Origin: the human T2T-CHM13v2.0 reference genome, Homo sapiens
Length of the DNA: 64,000 nucleotides
Reading direction: 5' to 3' (one strand)
Assembly (NCBI RefSeq): GCF_009914755.1
Contig: NC_060925.1
The notes under the pieces are model-generated. The model did no database searches, was not told where the DNA came from, and saw nothing but the letters and a program-made list of their open reading frames with translations. Of this stretch, positions 41,621 to 57,500 are shown one piece after another (the stretch's first letter is position 1; each line of letters begins with the position of its first letter). The position numbers and the translations under genes were made by a program.

Positions 41621-42844
41621 AAAACAAATAGCAATAATAAATGAATTTATATCTGTTTACAAACACAATTAATTCTATTGATCTATATTTTTCTGGTCTT
41701 TATGAAACCCATTGTTCCTTTTGTGATAGTGGGATAGGTTTAGACTACTTTGCTAACTTTTATCTTAAATTAAACATGCTTGATAAATATTTATACAGTG
41801 CCTACAGTTGCTAGGTACTGCAGGGGACACAAAGGAAATACATCTGCTTTTTTGTCCTTAAATATTGAGACTCACATAGAGACATAAAGATTCAGGTTCA
41901 GAAACTATTGTCTAGAGATTTCCATATATCTTCATTTGTGTCACCAGACAACCTTTCAAGATAGATAAACTACTTTAGGTAGATATTATAAGGTAGATAG
42001 AAAACCAAGGCCTAGCAGTTGACTTGTTAATGTCACACAGTAAGTGAAAAGACTGGGATCTGAAATATGTTCTTTTCAGTGCTAGTCTTACACTTTCAGC
42101 AAAATTCAAGGCAGAACAGGGTGAGTGACACAGTGCAAAGAAAATGCCATGGGAGTTTGCGGGAGGTCACACAGAAACTTCTAAAAATTTCCCCATAAGT
42201 GATAATAATTTCCCCATGTGGGCTTTACTTTCCTCTTAATAGCCTCCCGCCTGAGGACTTTTGACCCCATTATTCTAGTTATTTCTCTAAGAAGAGATAA
42301 CTTTGGTAGGTATGCCTTCACTTCTTTGACCTGCTTCTCTCTTATGGTCTCTCATTCTTTTCACCTCTTTTTCCTCTGTATTCTGGGAGAACTGTTGGGG
42401 TTAAACTGCCACATCACTTATTCGCTTTCCTGCAGTAATAATTTTCCTCTGTACTGCCTTTAGTACGATTCAAATTCTTCCACAACATTTTTGGTTTCTC
42501 TTAAATTTTATTTTGCTAGCTTCTTTTTAAAATTCTGCCTGCATCCAAGTCTATTCTCTTCTTATGTCTCTGTTCCTATAGGAAGGCTGTATTTTCTTGG
42601 TTCCTTGGGAAAACCAAACAGATGTTTTCTAAAATTTTCTTCTATATCTTACAAAAAATATTTGTTTAGAGGGTGTTTTTCTTCTGAGTCTTTAGATTAA
42701 AAAATTTTCGAAACAAAGACAAGGTTGTATGAGTTACCTAACCGCACACAACCTCTTCATTAGAAAAATGATGTCAGTAATGGTACTCACCTCATACAAT
42801 TGGTATGGTAAGTAAATGAATTAATACATGTGAAGTATTTGCAG

Positions 42845-43531
42845 TAGTCTGGGTCCAGTCAGGATACAGAAACCAGAGAGTAGGCTAAACTGGGAAAGGT
42901 TGATGTATAAATGTATCAACAAAAGGGTAACTATAGAATATAAGGAAACTACATGGTACCCTACGGTTGAGGGTGGCAGGAAAAAACAAACTTGGAAGGG
43001 GCTCAGACCTTGTTGGAGAAGATGTGATTCAGCCCACTGGATAGCAGAGAATTTTGTTGGCTTGGCCAGCCTGGAGCTGACCTGGGACTGCTGGGCAAGC
43101 AACAGGCCACCCTCTGGACTGCAGGCTTGCACCCAGCAGCCAGGGGTGTGGGTCTGCAGTGAGAGTCGGGTCATCTTCAGGGATAGGAGCCCTTCAGAGT
43201 ACATGGGCTGTGTGGGTCTGTGGTGTCTGTGTCCCGAGGGCTGCAGAAAGGCTATTGCCAGGCCAAGTCTTCAAGGTCACAGAGAGACCAGTTCGAGGTC
43301 TGTACCTGGAGCAGGCTCTGCCAAAATGGCCTCACACCTATACTGCTAACTCCAGGTTATGCTGGAAAGGGCAGGAGCTCCTCTTCCTTTGACAATGTTC
43401 CTCTACTACCATCTACTGGAAAAAACATAACACTGCATTCACTTTAAATAGCTCGGGAATTTCATTATCACAGAGCTATAAACTGAAATGTGTATTCAAA
43501 GCTGAGCAATCCTATATTGATAACTGACACA
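42845..43531. mobile_element. Old LTR-like element inserted in a MIR
   Basis: MIR sequence on both sides (42720-42840, 43532-43600); starts GTCTGGGTCCAGTCAGGATACAGAAACC; family uncertain. Confidence 0.45.
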
Positions 43532-44387
43532 GAACTTAAAATTGTGCCTGGCACATGGTAAATATCACATTGCTAGAGATAACATTTTGCTATTATTATT
43601 GCATTCTTTTCTTTGCTTAATAATCTTTGAATATAGAGACATCTATCCAGCTTGGTGTGGGCCAAGAGGCCAGGTATACTGAGTGCCTTTAGTTCTTCTC
43701 GGTACTAATTTGAGAGCTAGTAGATTCTCTCTCTCATATCTAGAATGAGCCTTAAGGTTGATGTAAACAATCCTTAGTCACCCTTATAGGCACTGATCTG
43801 ATGAGCCTATACCCTACCCTTCTAGCTGATTTTCCTGATTATCAGAGGCTCATGTAGTTTGCAGTTTTTCTTTGTACAAATGTAAGTCAAAGATACAACT
43901 CCTTCACATGCCCAGCTCCCAGGGCCTGTTTTTTGGCCCTGCCCACAGTGCTTCCAAGATAGAATGCCTCATAAGATGTAATGCACCCTTTCCTCTGCTG
44001 GATGCTGTTGGTTCTGTGGCATCACAGGAGTTGCAGTCTCTGACTGGGTATGTGGGGACAGGGAAAGAGGTCATCAGTCTGCCTGAAGCATTAAATTATT
44101 CTGGTGCAGTGAAGACATAACTGTACAATTTTCTAGTCAGGCCATTCTAAAGACCAAACTTTTACCTACCTTCTTTGCAGCATTATATTTGCTCTTCTGT
44201 TTTAGAAGATGGGTAGCAGAGTTCAGGAACATATATCTCAGCCAACTGCCATACATTCCACTATTAATAGACTATCCCAATAGACTCTGGTTTCCAGAGT
44301 TGCAGCCACTGTTTGCCATTTTATGTATCATTTCAAAGATTTTTTTGAGAAGGTGAGAAAAAGGATATTAGAGAACATTAGCATGCC

Positions 44388-44485
44388 TTTTTTTCTTTTC
44401 TTTTAGAGATGAAGTCTCACTCACTATGTTGCTCAGGCTGGCCTTGAACTCCTGGGCTCAAGTGATCCTCCTGCCTCAGCCTCCC
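44388..44485 (-). mobile_element. FLAM/Alu monomer
   Basis: Poly-T then CAGGCTGGCCTTGAACTCCTGGGCTCAAG; TSD ATGCC. Confidence 0.75.
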
Positions 44486-44494
44486 ATGCCATTT

Positions 44495-45049
44495 TGTCAG
44501 AGGAGTTTTAACCAGAGCAACTCCAACTTAAATAGGGGTTGGGTAAAATAAGGCTAAGACTTACTGGGCTGCATTCCCAGACGGTTAGGCATTCTAGGTC
44601 ACAGAATGAGACAGGAGGTCAGCACAAGATACAGGTCACAAAGACCTTGCTGACAAAACAGCTTGCAGTAAAGAAGCCAGCCAAAACCCATCAAAAACAA
44701 GATGGCGACAAGCGTGACCTCTGGTCGTCCTCCCTGCTACACTCCCACCAGCTCCATGACTGTTTACAAATGTCATGGAAATGTCAGGAAGTTACTCTGT
44801 ATGGTCTAAAAAAAGGGGAGGTTTGAATAATCCATCCTTTGTTTAGCATATAATCAATAAACAACCATAAAAATGGGCAACCAGCAGCCTTTGGGGCTGC
44901 TCTGTCTATGGAGTAGCTATTCTTTCATTCCCTTATTTTCTTAATAAACTTGCTTTTGCTTTGCACTGTGAACTCGCCCTGAATTCTTTCTTGCACGAAA
45001 CCCAAGAACCCTCTCTTGGAGTCTGGATCGGGACCCCTTTCCGATAACA
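44495..45049 (+). mobile_element. Solo MER41A LTR (555 bp)
   Basis: TGTCAGAGG..ACCAGAGCAACTCC start, AATAAA, GATAACA end; near-TSD ATTT/ACTT; lacks the MER41B GAS block. Confidence 0.85.
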
Positions 45050-45096
45050 ACTTCTGTTAAATCATGAATTTTTCAAAGTATAAATAATAATAATAG

Positions 45097-45563
<467 letters not shown>

Positions 45564-45629
45564 TCTATTTTACATTTTCATTCCATATATTTTTTACTTT
45601 ATTTTTTCCTAGGAAAAGCGTATGGGCTT

Positions 45630-46439
<810 letters not shown>

Positions 46440-47656
46440 TCAACTCCAAACTGTTGGTGGTTTCCAAAGTATACACACTAGCTCAGTGGTAGAGGAGGTG
46501 GTGGAGTATCTGCTGTGGGCGTGGTTCATTAGCTCCACAGTATTCCATCTATTAATACTTGTCAGAAGGGATCTTATAACTCATTGAATGTATCTCATCC
46601 AATGTATCAACTTCCCCTTCAACATTCTCTTCAAATGATTGTCAGGCCTCTGCTTACACAACTTAGACAAGTCCCCCGATTCTGCTTCAAACAAGTCCTC
46701 CCACTGGCAGAGGTTTCGCTACTTTTCAAGGTGTGGGATCCATACTTAGACAGCTTGACTAATCAGACATTTTTTCCCTGATATTTAATGTCAATCTGCC
46801 CTCTTATAGTTTTCATGCATGGGCTCTGGTTGTATACCCTGGAGCATCAAAGAATATGTCTATTCCCACTTCCTCAGGATAATTGATGAACTTTACCTCC
46901 AGCCAAATCATACTGTGAACTCAAGAAATTCACAATCAACTAAAACCCTTAAGATTTTGTTCATGATTACTATTGTTAAACCACATCTACCCCCATATGT
47001 TTTTGCAAAGTTAGTTTTTTGGACCCAACTATATTCTACACATACCCCTATGAAACTGGACCATGTTAGACTTGGTGCATTGTTTCAGTTTATAAAGATT
47101 CTCTTTGATCCTGGCTCATTTATTTACCCATCCCAGTTTCATATTGTATGCACCTAAACCAGCATGCCATGATGTCAATATCGAACTCTTTAATAAAAAC
47201 TTTGAAAGGAATTAGGCCAAGGAGAGCCTAGCAATATAGCATTAGAAACCTTTTACCATGAATTAAAAAATTCCTAAGCACAATATCACTTTTTTATCCA
47301 TAAGGATATCATGAGAATCTTTACCAAATGTCTTGCTAAAAATCCAAATAATACCATATCAATGTTATACTCTTTATCCATTTATGCAGTTCATACTTGA
47401 AAGTGCTATTTGAATTTGCTCATATATCAAATTGCTTTATAAAATTTAAGTCCCTTTATACTTATTCAAGGAATCCAGTGGCCTAATAAGCTTGTCAAAA
47501 AAAAGAAAATGCATGAACAAATTCTCAGAAGTTCACTTTGTATTATAGAATTAAAATATCTGGTAGTTTTCTTGAAGTAGAAAAAAGAGTAATATTTTTC
47601 AGTGATATTTATGACTATAAAAGAGCTACACAAAGGTTCATAGAAAAAAGCCCCAT

Positions 47657-48067
<411 letters not shown>

Positions 48068-48094
48068 TCACTGCAACACTGTCCCCAGTTAGCC

Positions 48095-48836
48095 AAACCA
48101 CAATGAGATACCATCTCACACCAGTCATAATGGCGATTATTAAAAAGTCAAGAAACAACAGATGCTGGTGAGGCCGTGGAGAAACAGGAACACGTGAACA
48201 CTACTGGTGAAAATGTGAATTAGTTCAACCATTGTGGAAGACAGTGTGGCGATTCCTCAAGGATCTAGAGCCAGAAATGCCATTTGACCCAGCAATCCCA
48301 TTACTGGGTATATACCCAAAGGACTATAAATCATTCTACTATAAAGACACATGCACACATATGTTTATTGCAGCACTATTTACAATAGCGAAGACATGGA
48401 ACCAACCCAAATGCCCATCAGTGATAGACTGGATAAAGAAAATGTAGTACATATACACCATGGAATACTATGCAGCCATAAAAAGGAACAAGGTCATGTC
48501 CTTTGCAGGGACATGGATGAAGCTGGAAGCCATCATCATCAGCAAACTAACACAGGAATAGAAAGCCAAACACTGCACGTTCTCACTCGTAAGTGGGAGT
48601 TGAACAGTGAGAACACATGGACACAGGGAGGGGAACAACACACACCAGGGCCTGTCAGGGATTGGGAAGTAAGGAGAGGGAGAACATTAGGACAGATAGC
48701 TAATGCATGCGGGACTTAAAACTTAGATGATGGGTTGATAGGTGCAGCAAACCACCATGGCACATGTATACCTATGTAACAAACCTACACGTTCGGCACT
48801 TGTATCCCAGAACTTAAAGTAAAATTAAAAAAAAAG
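48095..48836 (+). mobile_element. L1PA 3' end (5'-truncated)
   Basis: ORF2 C-terminus (MWKTVWRFLKDLE..) plus 3' UTR ending GAACTTAAAGTAAAA and poly-A. Confidence 0.92.
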
Positions 48837-50149
48837 TTTAATACACTTTTGCCAATACAATTTTAAAGACATTTTTATGTTTTTCAATTTTTTTTTGTCA
48901 AAACTGTGAATCTGTGGATTTAGCTCATTTAATTTATGGAAAATGTCTGCTGTATAATCAGCATTGTCAAATCAATTAGCCAAATCAGGCTGACTTTTTA
49001 TCATAAAATCTGACTTCATTTTTCCATTGAAATAATTTCATTAAAAAACATTTAAAAAATGATTACAGAAAGCACTGGGAAAGAACGTATAAATGCATTT
49101 AAAAAAATAGATTACTAAAACCAATCAAGTTAAGATGAAATACTATAGATATACTTTATTCACTTTTATAGTAAGTTATACAAAAAAGAATAAGCCTATA
49201 TAAGGTAAGGGAGTGGGAAATGTCAAGGATAACGCCAGTGATTTTTGGTTTAAGCAAATAGAATTGCTATTTACTGAGATAAGGAACACTGGATGTGAAC
49301 TCAGGCGGCCCTTCATAGTCTGTCTTTTTTGTTGATCTTATTTTGTTTTAGACAGTCTATTGACTGATTTTTTTTAAGTTACGACTCTCAACTTTTTGGC
49401 CAATTTTATTCAAATGGAAATGATTATTGGCATATAAAAACATTATTTCCAAAATGTTTTTCCTTTTTAAAGTGACATATTTCCTTACCCCCAATACCTA
49501 AACCCTCTTACCAAACAGCGTCTCAAAGACTCAAATTCATACATAGATTTTACTGTAATATGCCGAATGGTTATATATTTAAACTTATTAAATATTGTAA
49601 CAAAAATGGGAAGCTGATTTTTAAAATATTAAACACAGCCTTAGATGTAATAGGCCCCAACAAATCTCTACATTTTTTTTTCCTGTGGATCCCACCAAGA
49701 AATATGAAGTCACCCAGGTATTTTTTGTGCCTAGCTCAGTGCCTGGCACATAGTAAGTGCTCAATAAATATTGTAGTTGTTGCGTGAGTGAAATATAGAA
49801 CATTAACTTACTAAATTTTTATAAGACCTTTAAAAAGAAATGGGGTATTTTAATATATATGTAATTATTTTTACCTTAGAATTGTATACCTCTTAGACCT
49901 GTTTTATTACATATATACGATCCTTCACTAGTAAGTGAGGCTTTTTAATGAAAATTCACGCCCACGAGTTGTGAAAATCTTAAGTGTAAGTCACCTCTTT
50001 CAGAGGTCTCAGAGCCACCTGTTCTGCAAAGGCACACATTTCTCCCGCCTTTAGGCCATACCTAGGTAGGCATGCAGGTGGTAGAAAGGTCAGACTAGAG
50101 TCTTTAACTTGGGCACCATATCTGATCTGCCTTTAGGGCACACTTTTGG

Positions 50150-50790
50150 GCCACACTCTGCACCCCCAACACCCCCCTTACCCCCAGCACCGTCGGTGTC
50201 ACATCGGGGGCCGCCGCGTACCCGCGGTGGAATCTCGCAAGAGCCAGGGCCCCTCCTCACCTGCCCGGCACCCAGGATCCCTTGCGCCGCGTTCGGGACC
50301 CCACCCCCATTGTGGCCTCTTCGCCAGGGCGCAGGCGTGGCTCTTGGTCAGGCGGTTACGGCCAGGAGGCGTCGGAGCCTGGCGTGGTAGGGCTGTGCTG
50401 CGCGGTCCTTCCCATTCACCCTAGTCTGGCGCTCGCCGGCGTGGGCGGGCCGGACCTTCGCCGCTTCCAGGAAGGGCCACAACGGCCGTCGGACCACGGC
50501 GCGGCGGGTAAGGTCGTCAGCGTCTTCCTGTCAGCGGTCGGCAGAGCCTCGGCGGGCGGGCGGCGCGTGGGGCAGCCGGTGTCGCACTGGGAGGGCTGCG
50601 TGGGCGCGGAGGGCCTGGGCGCTCCCCACCCAGCTGCTGTGGGAGCGCCTCCGAGTCCCCGCGCGGAACCCTCACCAGGCAGATGCTGGCGCATCCACCA
50701 GGCGCCGGCGCCGCCACGCCGGTAGCCCCGACCGCAGGAGCTCTCAACGCGAGGTTCTTCTTAGTTGCTCTCCCTCAGGCAGGCCGCGTT
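50150..50790 (+). promoter_or_regulatory. CpG island promoter
   Basis: Abrupt GC- and CpG-rich block in AT-rich surroundings; GGGCGG boxes; TCTCGCAAGA (50233-50242) is one mismatch from the TCTCGCGAGA motif. Confidence 0.92.
50340..50507 (+). other. Probable non-coding first exon of an unidentified gene (start approximate)
   Basis: Strong donor CGG|GTAAGG at 50508 inside the CpG island; no ATG in this exon. Confidence 0.6.
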
Positions 50791-51052
50791 CCCTTCTAGT
50801 CCTATATTTCTGAAGTTTTTTAAAATTTTCCATTTATAAACGAATAATGAGCTATTTGAAAAACCTTGCCATCACTTATTGTATAATATATACATATACA
50901 CTCTCAACACAAATATATATGGATTATTATAAGTGATTTTGTATGTAGAGATATAACTTTTCTAAGAAGTTGATGAATTACATTAGGGACACTAATGGAT
51001 ATTTTACTTGCGTTTGTGGGATAGACTACGCTAGGAAATATATGTACATATA

Positions 51053-52020
<968 letters not shown>

Positions 52021-54580
52021 ATTTTTATATTTAAATGTTTTTATTTGTACCAGATTATGAGGTACGTGAGAAATTTTGGTACATGTATCTAATGTGTAGT
52101 GACCAAATTACGGTACTTAGGTTGTCCATGACCTGAGTACAATATATTTTTGTTAAGTACATTTTACTCCACTATCAAACACTGAATTTATTCCTTATAT
52201 CTTACTGAGTCTTTGTACCCTTAAGCCCACTTCTGTTCATCCTCCCACTTCCTGCCATTCATCCTTCTCAGTCCGTGTTATCTATTTGTCCACTCTCTAC
52301 CTCCATATAGTATTCAAATTTTAAACTTAAATTTTATTCAAATTTTGTAGCTCCCACATATAAGTGAGAACATGATATTTATCTTTTTGTGCCTGGCTTA
52401 TTTCACTTAAGATAATAACTTCCAGTTCCATCTATGTTACTGCAAATGATGTGATTTCATTCTTTTTTATGGCTGAATAATATTTCATTTTGTATATATG
52501 TACCACATTTTTTATCCATTCATCCATCGATGGGCACTTAGGTTAATTCTGTATCTTTGCTTTTGTGAATACTGCTGCAATAAATGTGTGAGTGCAGGTA
52601 TTCCTTTTATATATTGATTTCTTTTACTTTGGTTAGATACTCAGTAGTGAATTGCTGAATTGAATGGTAATTGTATTTTTAGTTTTTTGAGAAATCTCCC
52701 TACTGCTTTCCATAGTGGCTGTGCTAGTTTACATACCCACTAACAGTGTATAAGAGTTCCCTTTTCTCCACATCCTTACCAACATCTGTTATTTTTTGAC
52801 TTTGACTTTTTATTAATAGCCATTCTGACTGGGGTAGGATGGTATCTCATTCTGGTTTTTGATTTGCATTTTTCTGGTGGTGGTGAGCATTTTTTTCAAA
52901 TACCTATTGGCTGGTTACATGTCTTCTTTTAAGAAATGTCTATGCTTGTCCTTTGCATACTTTTTAATGGGATTGTTTGTGCTTTTCCTGTTGAGTTGTT
53001 TCAGTTCCTTGTATATTATGGATCTTGGTTCCCTGTCAAATGAATAGTTTGCAATTTTTTTCTCCTATTGAACAGGCTGTTTTTTCACTCTGTTGATTAT
53101 TTGTTTTGCTGTGCAGAAACTTTCTAGTTTAAGTCCGATTTGTCTATTTTTATTTTTATTGCCTGTGCTTTTGAGGTCTTAGTCACAAATTATTTGCCTA
53201 GCCTAATGTCCAGGAGAGTTTTCCCTAGTTTTGGATCTTATGTTTAAGTCTTTAATCCATTTTGAGATGATTTTTGTATATGGTGAGAGATAGTGGTCCA
53301 GTTTCATTCTTCTGCATGTGGCTGTCCAGTTTTCCAGGCATCATTTATTGAAAAGGGTATGCTTTCTCCAATGTAGGTTCTTGTCAGTTTTGTTGTAAGT
53401 CAGTTGGCTATAAATATGTGGCTTTAATTCTTGGTTCTTTATTTGGTACAATTGGTCTGTGTGTCTGTTTTTATACCATTGCCATGCAGTTTGGGTTATT
53501 ATAGCTTTGTAGTATATTTTGAAGTCAGGTATTGTGATGCCTCCAACTTTGTTCTTTTTGTTCAGGATTTCTTTGGCTATTCAGGCTCTTTTTTTATTCC
53601 ATATGAATTTGGGGGATTTTTTTCTAATTCTGTGAAGAATGATATTGGTATTTTGATAGGAATTGCATTGAATCTGTAAATTGCTTTTGGCAATACGGTC
53701 ATTTAAATGATATTAATTCTTCCTATCCATGAGCATGGGATGCTTTTTTATTAGTTTGTGTTGTATTCAATTTCTTTCATTAGTGTTTTATAGTTTTCTA
53801 TGTAGAGATCTTTTACCTCCTTGGTTAAATTTATTTTTAGGTATTTTTCTTTTGTGGCTATTGTAAATTAGATTGCCTGCTTGATTTATTTCTTGGCTAG
53901 GTCATTATTAGTGTATAGAAATGCTACTGATTTTTGTACATTGATTTTGTATCCTGCAGCTTTACTGAATTCATCTATAAAATCTAAGAATTGTTTGGTG
54001 GAGTTTTTAGGTATTTCTAGATATAAAATCATATGATCAACAGAGAGGGACCATTTGATTTTCTTTTTTTCCAATTTCAATGCCTTTTATTTCTTGCTCT
54101 GGCCTGAATGTTCTGGCTAGGACTTCCAGTATGAGGCTGAATGAGAGTGGTGAAAGGGGACATCCTTATCTTGTTTCAGTTGTTACAGGAAAGGCTTTCA
54201 ACTTTAATCCATTCAGTATGATGTTAGCTGTGGGTCTATCCTATGTGGCCTTTGTTACTTTGAGGTATGTTCCTTTTATGCCTGGTTTGTTGAGAGTTTT
54301 TATCATGAAGCAATGATGAATTTTGTCCAATGCTTGTTCTGCATTTATTGAGATTATCAAATGGCTTTTGTCCTTCATTCTATGTGATGTATCATGCTTA
54401 TTGATTTGCATATATTGAACCATCCTTGCACTCCTGGTATAAATCCCATTTGATCATGGTGTATTATTTTTTTGATGTGCTGTTGGATTTGGTTTCCTAG
54501 TATTTTGCTGAGGAGTTTTGCGTCTATGTTCATGAGGGATATTGACCTGTTGTCTTCTTTTTTGTTGTTGTTGTGTTCTT
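52021..54580 (-). mobile_element. L1MA-class element, 3' 2.5 kb
   Basis: Minus-strand ORF2 remnants ([19 protein letters not shown]) and 3' UTR. Confidence 0.88.
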
Positions 54581-54584
54581 GTGT

Positions 54585-57500
54585 ACTACAGATATCACTA
54601 ACGTTGTTTACAGCCAAAGAAATGCGGAGACTACACTAATACACACACGCAGACTCAAAGCCAAAGTACCGTAACAGCCAGTACCATAGATATATCTTCA
54701 GGGAAAAGTCCTTCCCTATGAAAGTATCAAAAATAGGAAGAAGTGACTGTTACACCAGATGCACAGATATCAGCATAAAAACATAAAAAACATGAAAAAG
54801 CAAGGAAATATGACACCTCCGAAGGAACACAGTAAACCTCCATCAGTAGATCTTAATAAAAAGAATTTTCAAAATCTCAGATACAGAACTCAAAATACTG
54901 ATTTTAAAGAATCTCAGTGACATACAAGAGGATTGTTAAAAAATACAAATAAATCAGAAGAATAATTTAGGACATGAATGAGTAATTTCCTAAAGAGATA
55001 AGATTCTTTTGAAAAGAACCAAATAAAAATTCTGGAACTGAAGAATTTATTGAAGTAAATACAAAATACATTTGAAAGCTTCAACAATTGATTAAATCAG
55101 GTAGAAAAAAGAATCTCAGAACTTAAAGATAAGTGTTTTGAAATAATTCAGTCAGAAAAAATAAAGAAAAAAGTATAAAAAAGAATGAGCAAAGTCTTCA
55201 TGACATTTGGGACAATAAAAAGTGACAAAAGTTATGAATTATTGATATCCCCAAGGGCAAAGAGAGAAAGGATTAGAAAACCTGTTTTACAAAATACTAG
55301 ATAAAAACTTCCCAAGTCTAGCAAGAGATTTAGACATTCAGACACTAGAGGCTCAGTGATCCTCAGGCAGAAACAATGTGAAAAGATCCCCACGGCACAT
55401 TATGATCAGACTGTCTAAAGTCAAAGATAGAATCTTAAAAACACCAAGAGAAAAGATCCTTGTCACCTATAAAGGAAACCCCATTAGACTACTATAGATT
55501 TCTCTGCAGAAACCTTACAGGCTAGAAAAGAATGAATGATATATTCAAAATGCCAAAAGAAAAAAATGCCAACCGAGAATATATTATCAGCTAAAATGAA
55601 GTGAAGGAGAAATGAAGTCATTCCTAGACAAATGCTGAAGGAATTCAGGATCACAAAATTGGTCCCCTAAGAAGTGCTCAAGGGAGTCTTAAACCTGGAA
55701 GTAAAAGGATGACATTTATCATCATGAATACACATGAAAGTATAAAACTCAGTGGTAAAGCAATCACACAAAGGAGGAAGGGAAAGCACTCAAATGATAC
55801 CACTGCAGAAATTCACCAAACCACAACAACAAAAAGAGAAAAATAAAGGAACAAAGAATATATAAAACAACCAAAAAACAATTCACAATATGACAGGAAC
55901 AAAGCCTCACATGTCAGTAATAACCTTCAACATAAATGGATTATTCACTTAAAAGATATAGAATAGCTGAATGGATTTTAAAAAGATTCAGCTATATGCT
56001 GCTTACAAGAAACTCACCTTATCAGTAACGACACATATAGATTGAAAGTAAAGGGATAGAAAAAGATATTCCATGCAAATGGAAGCCAAAAGGGAGTAGG
56101 AGTAGCCATACTTAGATAAAACAGACTTTAAGTCAAGAATAGTAAAAAAGACAAGGTCGTTATATAATGATAAAGGAATTAATCCAGCAGGAAGATACAA
56201 CAGTTCTAAATATATGCAACCAACACTGGAGCACCCATATTAATAAAGCAAATGTTACTAGCTATAAAGACTGCCATACAATAATAGTAGGGGACTTCAA
56301 TACCCCACTCTCAGTATTAGACAGATTATCTAGACAGAAAATCAAAAAAGAAACATTAGATTAGAACTGGACTTGAGACCAAATGAACTTAACAAACATT
56401 TGCAGAACGTTCTGTCCAACAATTGCAGAATATATATTCTTATTAGCACATGGAATGTTCTCTAGGACAGACTAGATATTAGGCCACAAAACAAGTCTCA
56501 ACACATTTTTAAAAATCAAAATCAAGTATCTTTTTTGGCCACATTGGAATAAAACTAGAAAGTAATAAGAACAACTCTGGAAACCATAAAAATACATGTA
56601 AATGAATGTATTTCATTCAACATGCCCCTGAATGACCAGTGAGTCAATGAAGAAATTAAGACAGAAACAAAAAAAATTTTTGAAACAAATGAAAATGGAA
56701 ACATAACGTACCCAAACCTGTGGAATATATCAAAGTAAGTGCTAATGGGGAATTTTATAGCAATGAATACCTACATGAAAAAAAGTAGGAAGATTACTAA
56801 TTAACAATCTAATGATGTACCTCAAGGAACTAGAAAAGCAAGAACAAACCAAACCCCAAATTAGTAGAAGAAAAGAAATAATAAAGATCAGATCTAAATG
56901 AAATAGTGACTAAAAAACATAGAGGATCAATGAAATGAAAAACTGATCATTTGAAAAGAAACAAAATTGATAACTGATAAACCACAACCACCAGCAAGAC
57001 AAACCAGAAAAGGAGAGAGAAGACCTAAATAAACAAAATCAGAAATGAAAAGGAGACACTACAACTGATACCAAAGAAATATAAAGAATTATTATAGATT
57101 ATTATGAATAACTGTGTGCCAAAAAAATAGGAAAACCTAGAAGAAACGGATAAATCCCTGGACATATACAACCTATTAAGATTGAACCATGAAGAAACAG
57201 AGAACATCAACGAACCAATAGGTAGTAACAAGTTCAAAGCTGTAATAAAAAGTCTTCCATCAGAGAAAAGCCTGGGACCTGATGCCTTCACTGCTGAATT
57301 CTACCAAACATTTAAAGAATAACTAATACTAATCCTACTCAAATCCTTCAAGAAAAGTGAAGAGGAGGGAGTACTTCCAACCTCATCCTACAAGGCTGGC
57401 ATTAACTTGAAGCCCAAACCAGAGAAGAACACACAAAAAAGGAAAACTATACGCAAGTATCACTGATGAAGATAGATGCAGAAATTCTCAACAAAATTCT

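Noticed and set aside
42821-43447. Overlapping 127-149 aa ORFs
   Set aside because: Inside an old LTR-like repeat, with no domain similarity or splice context.
50340-50507. Assigning a gene symbol to the CpG-island exon
   Set aside because: No coding exon lies in the window and I do not reliably recognise the UTR; BLAT is needed.
50109-50747. Several ORFs of 76-147 aa over the CpG island
   Set aside because: Expected from stop-codon scarcity in GC-rich DNA; non-ATG starts for most, no recognisable domains, and some run through a strong splice donor.
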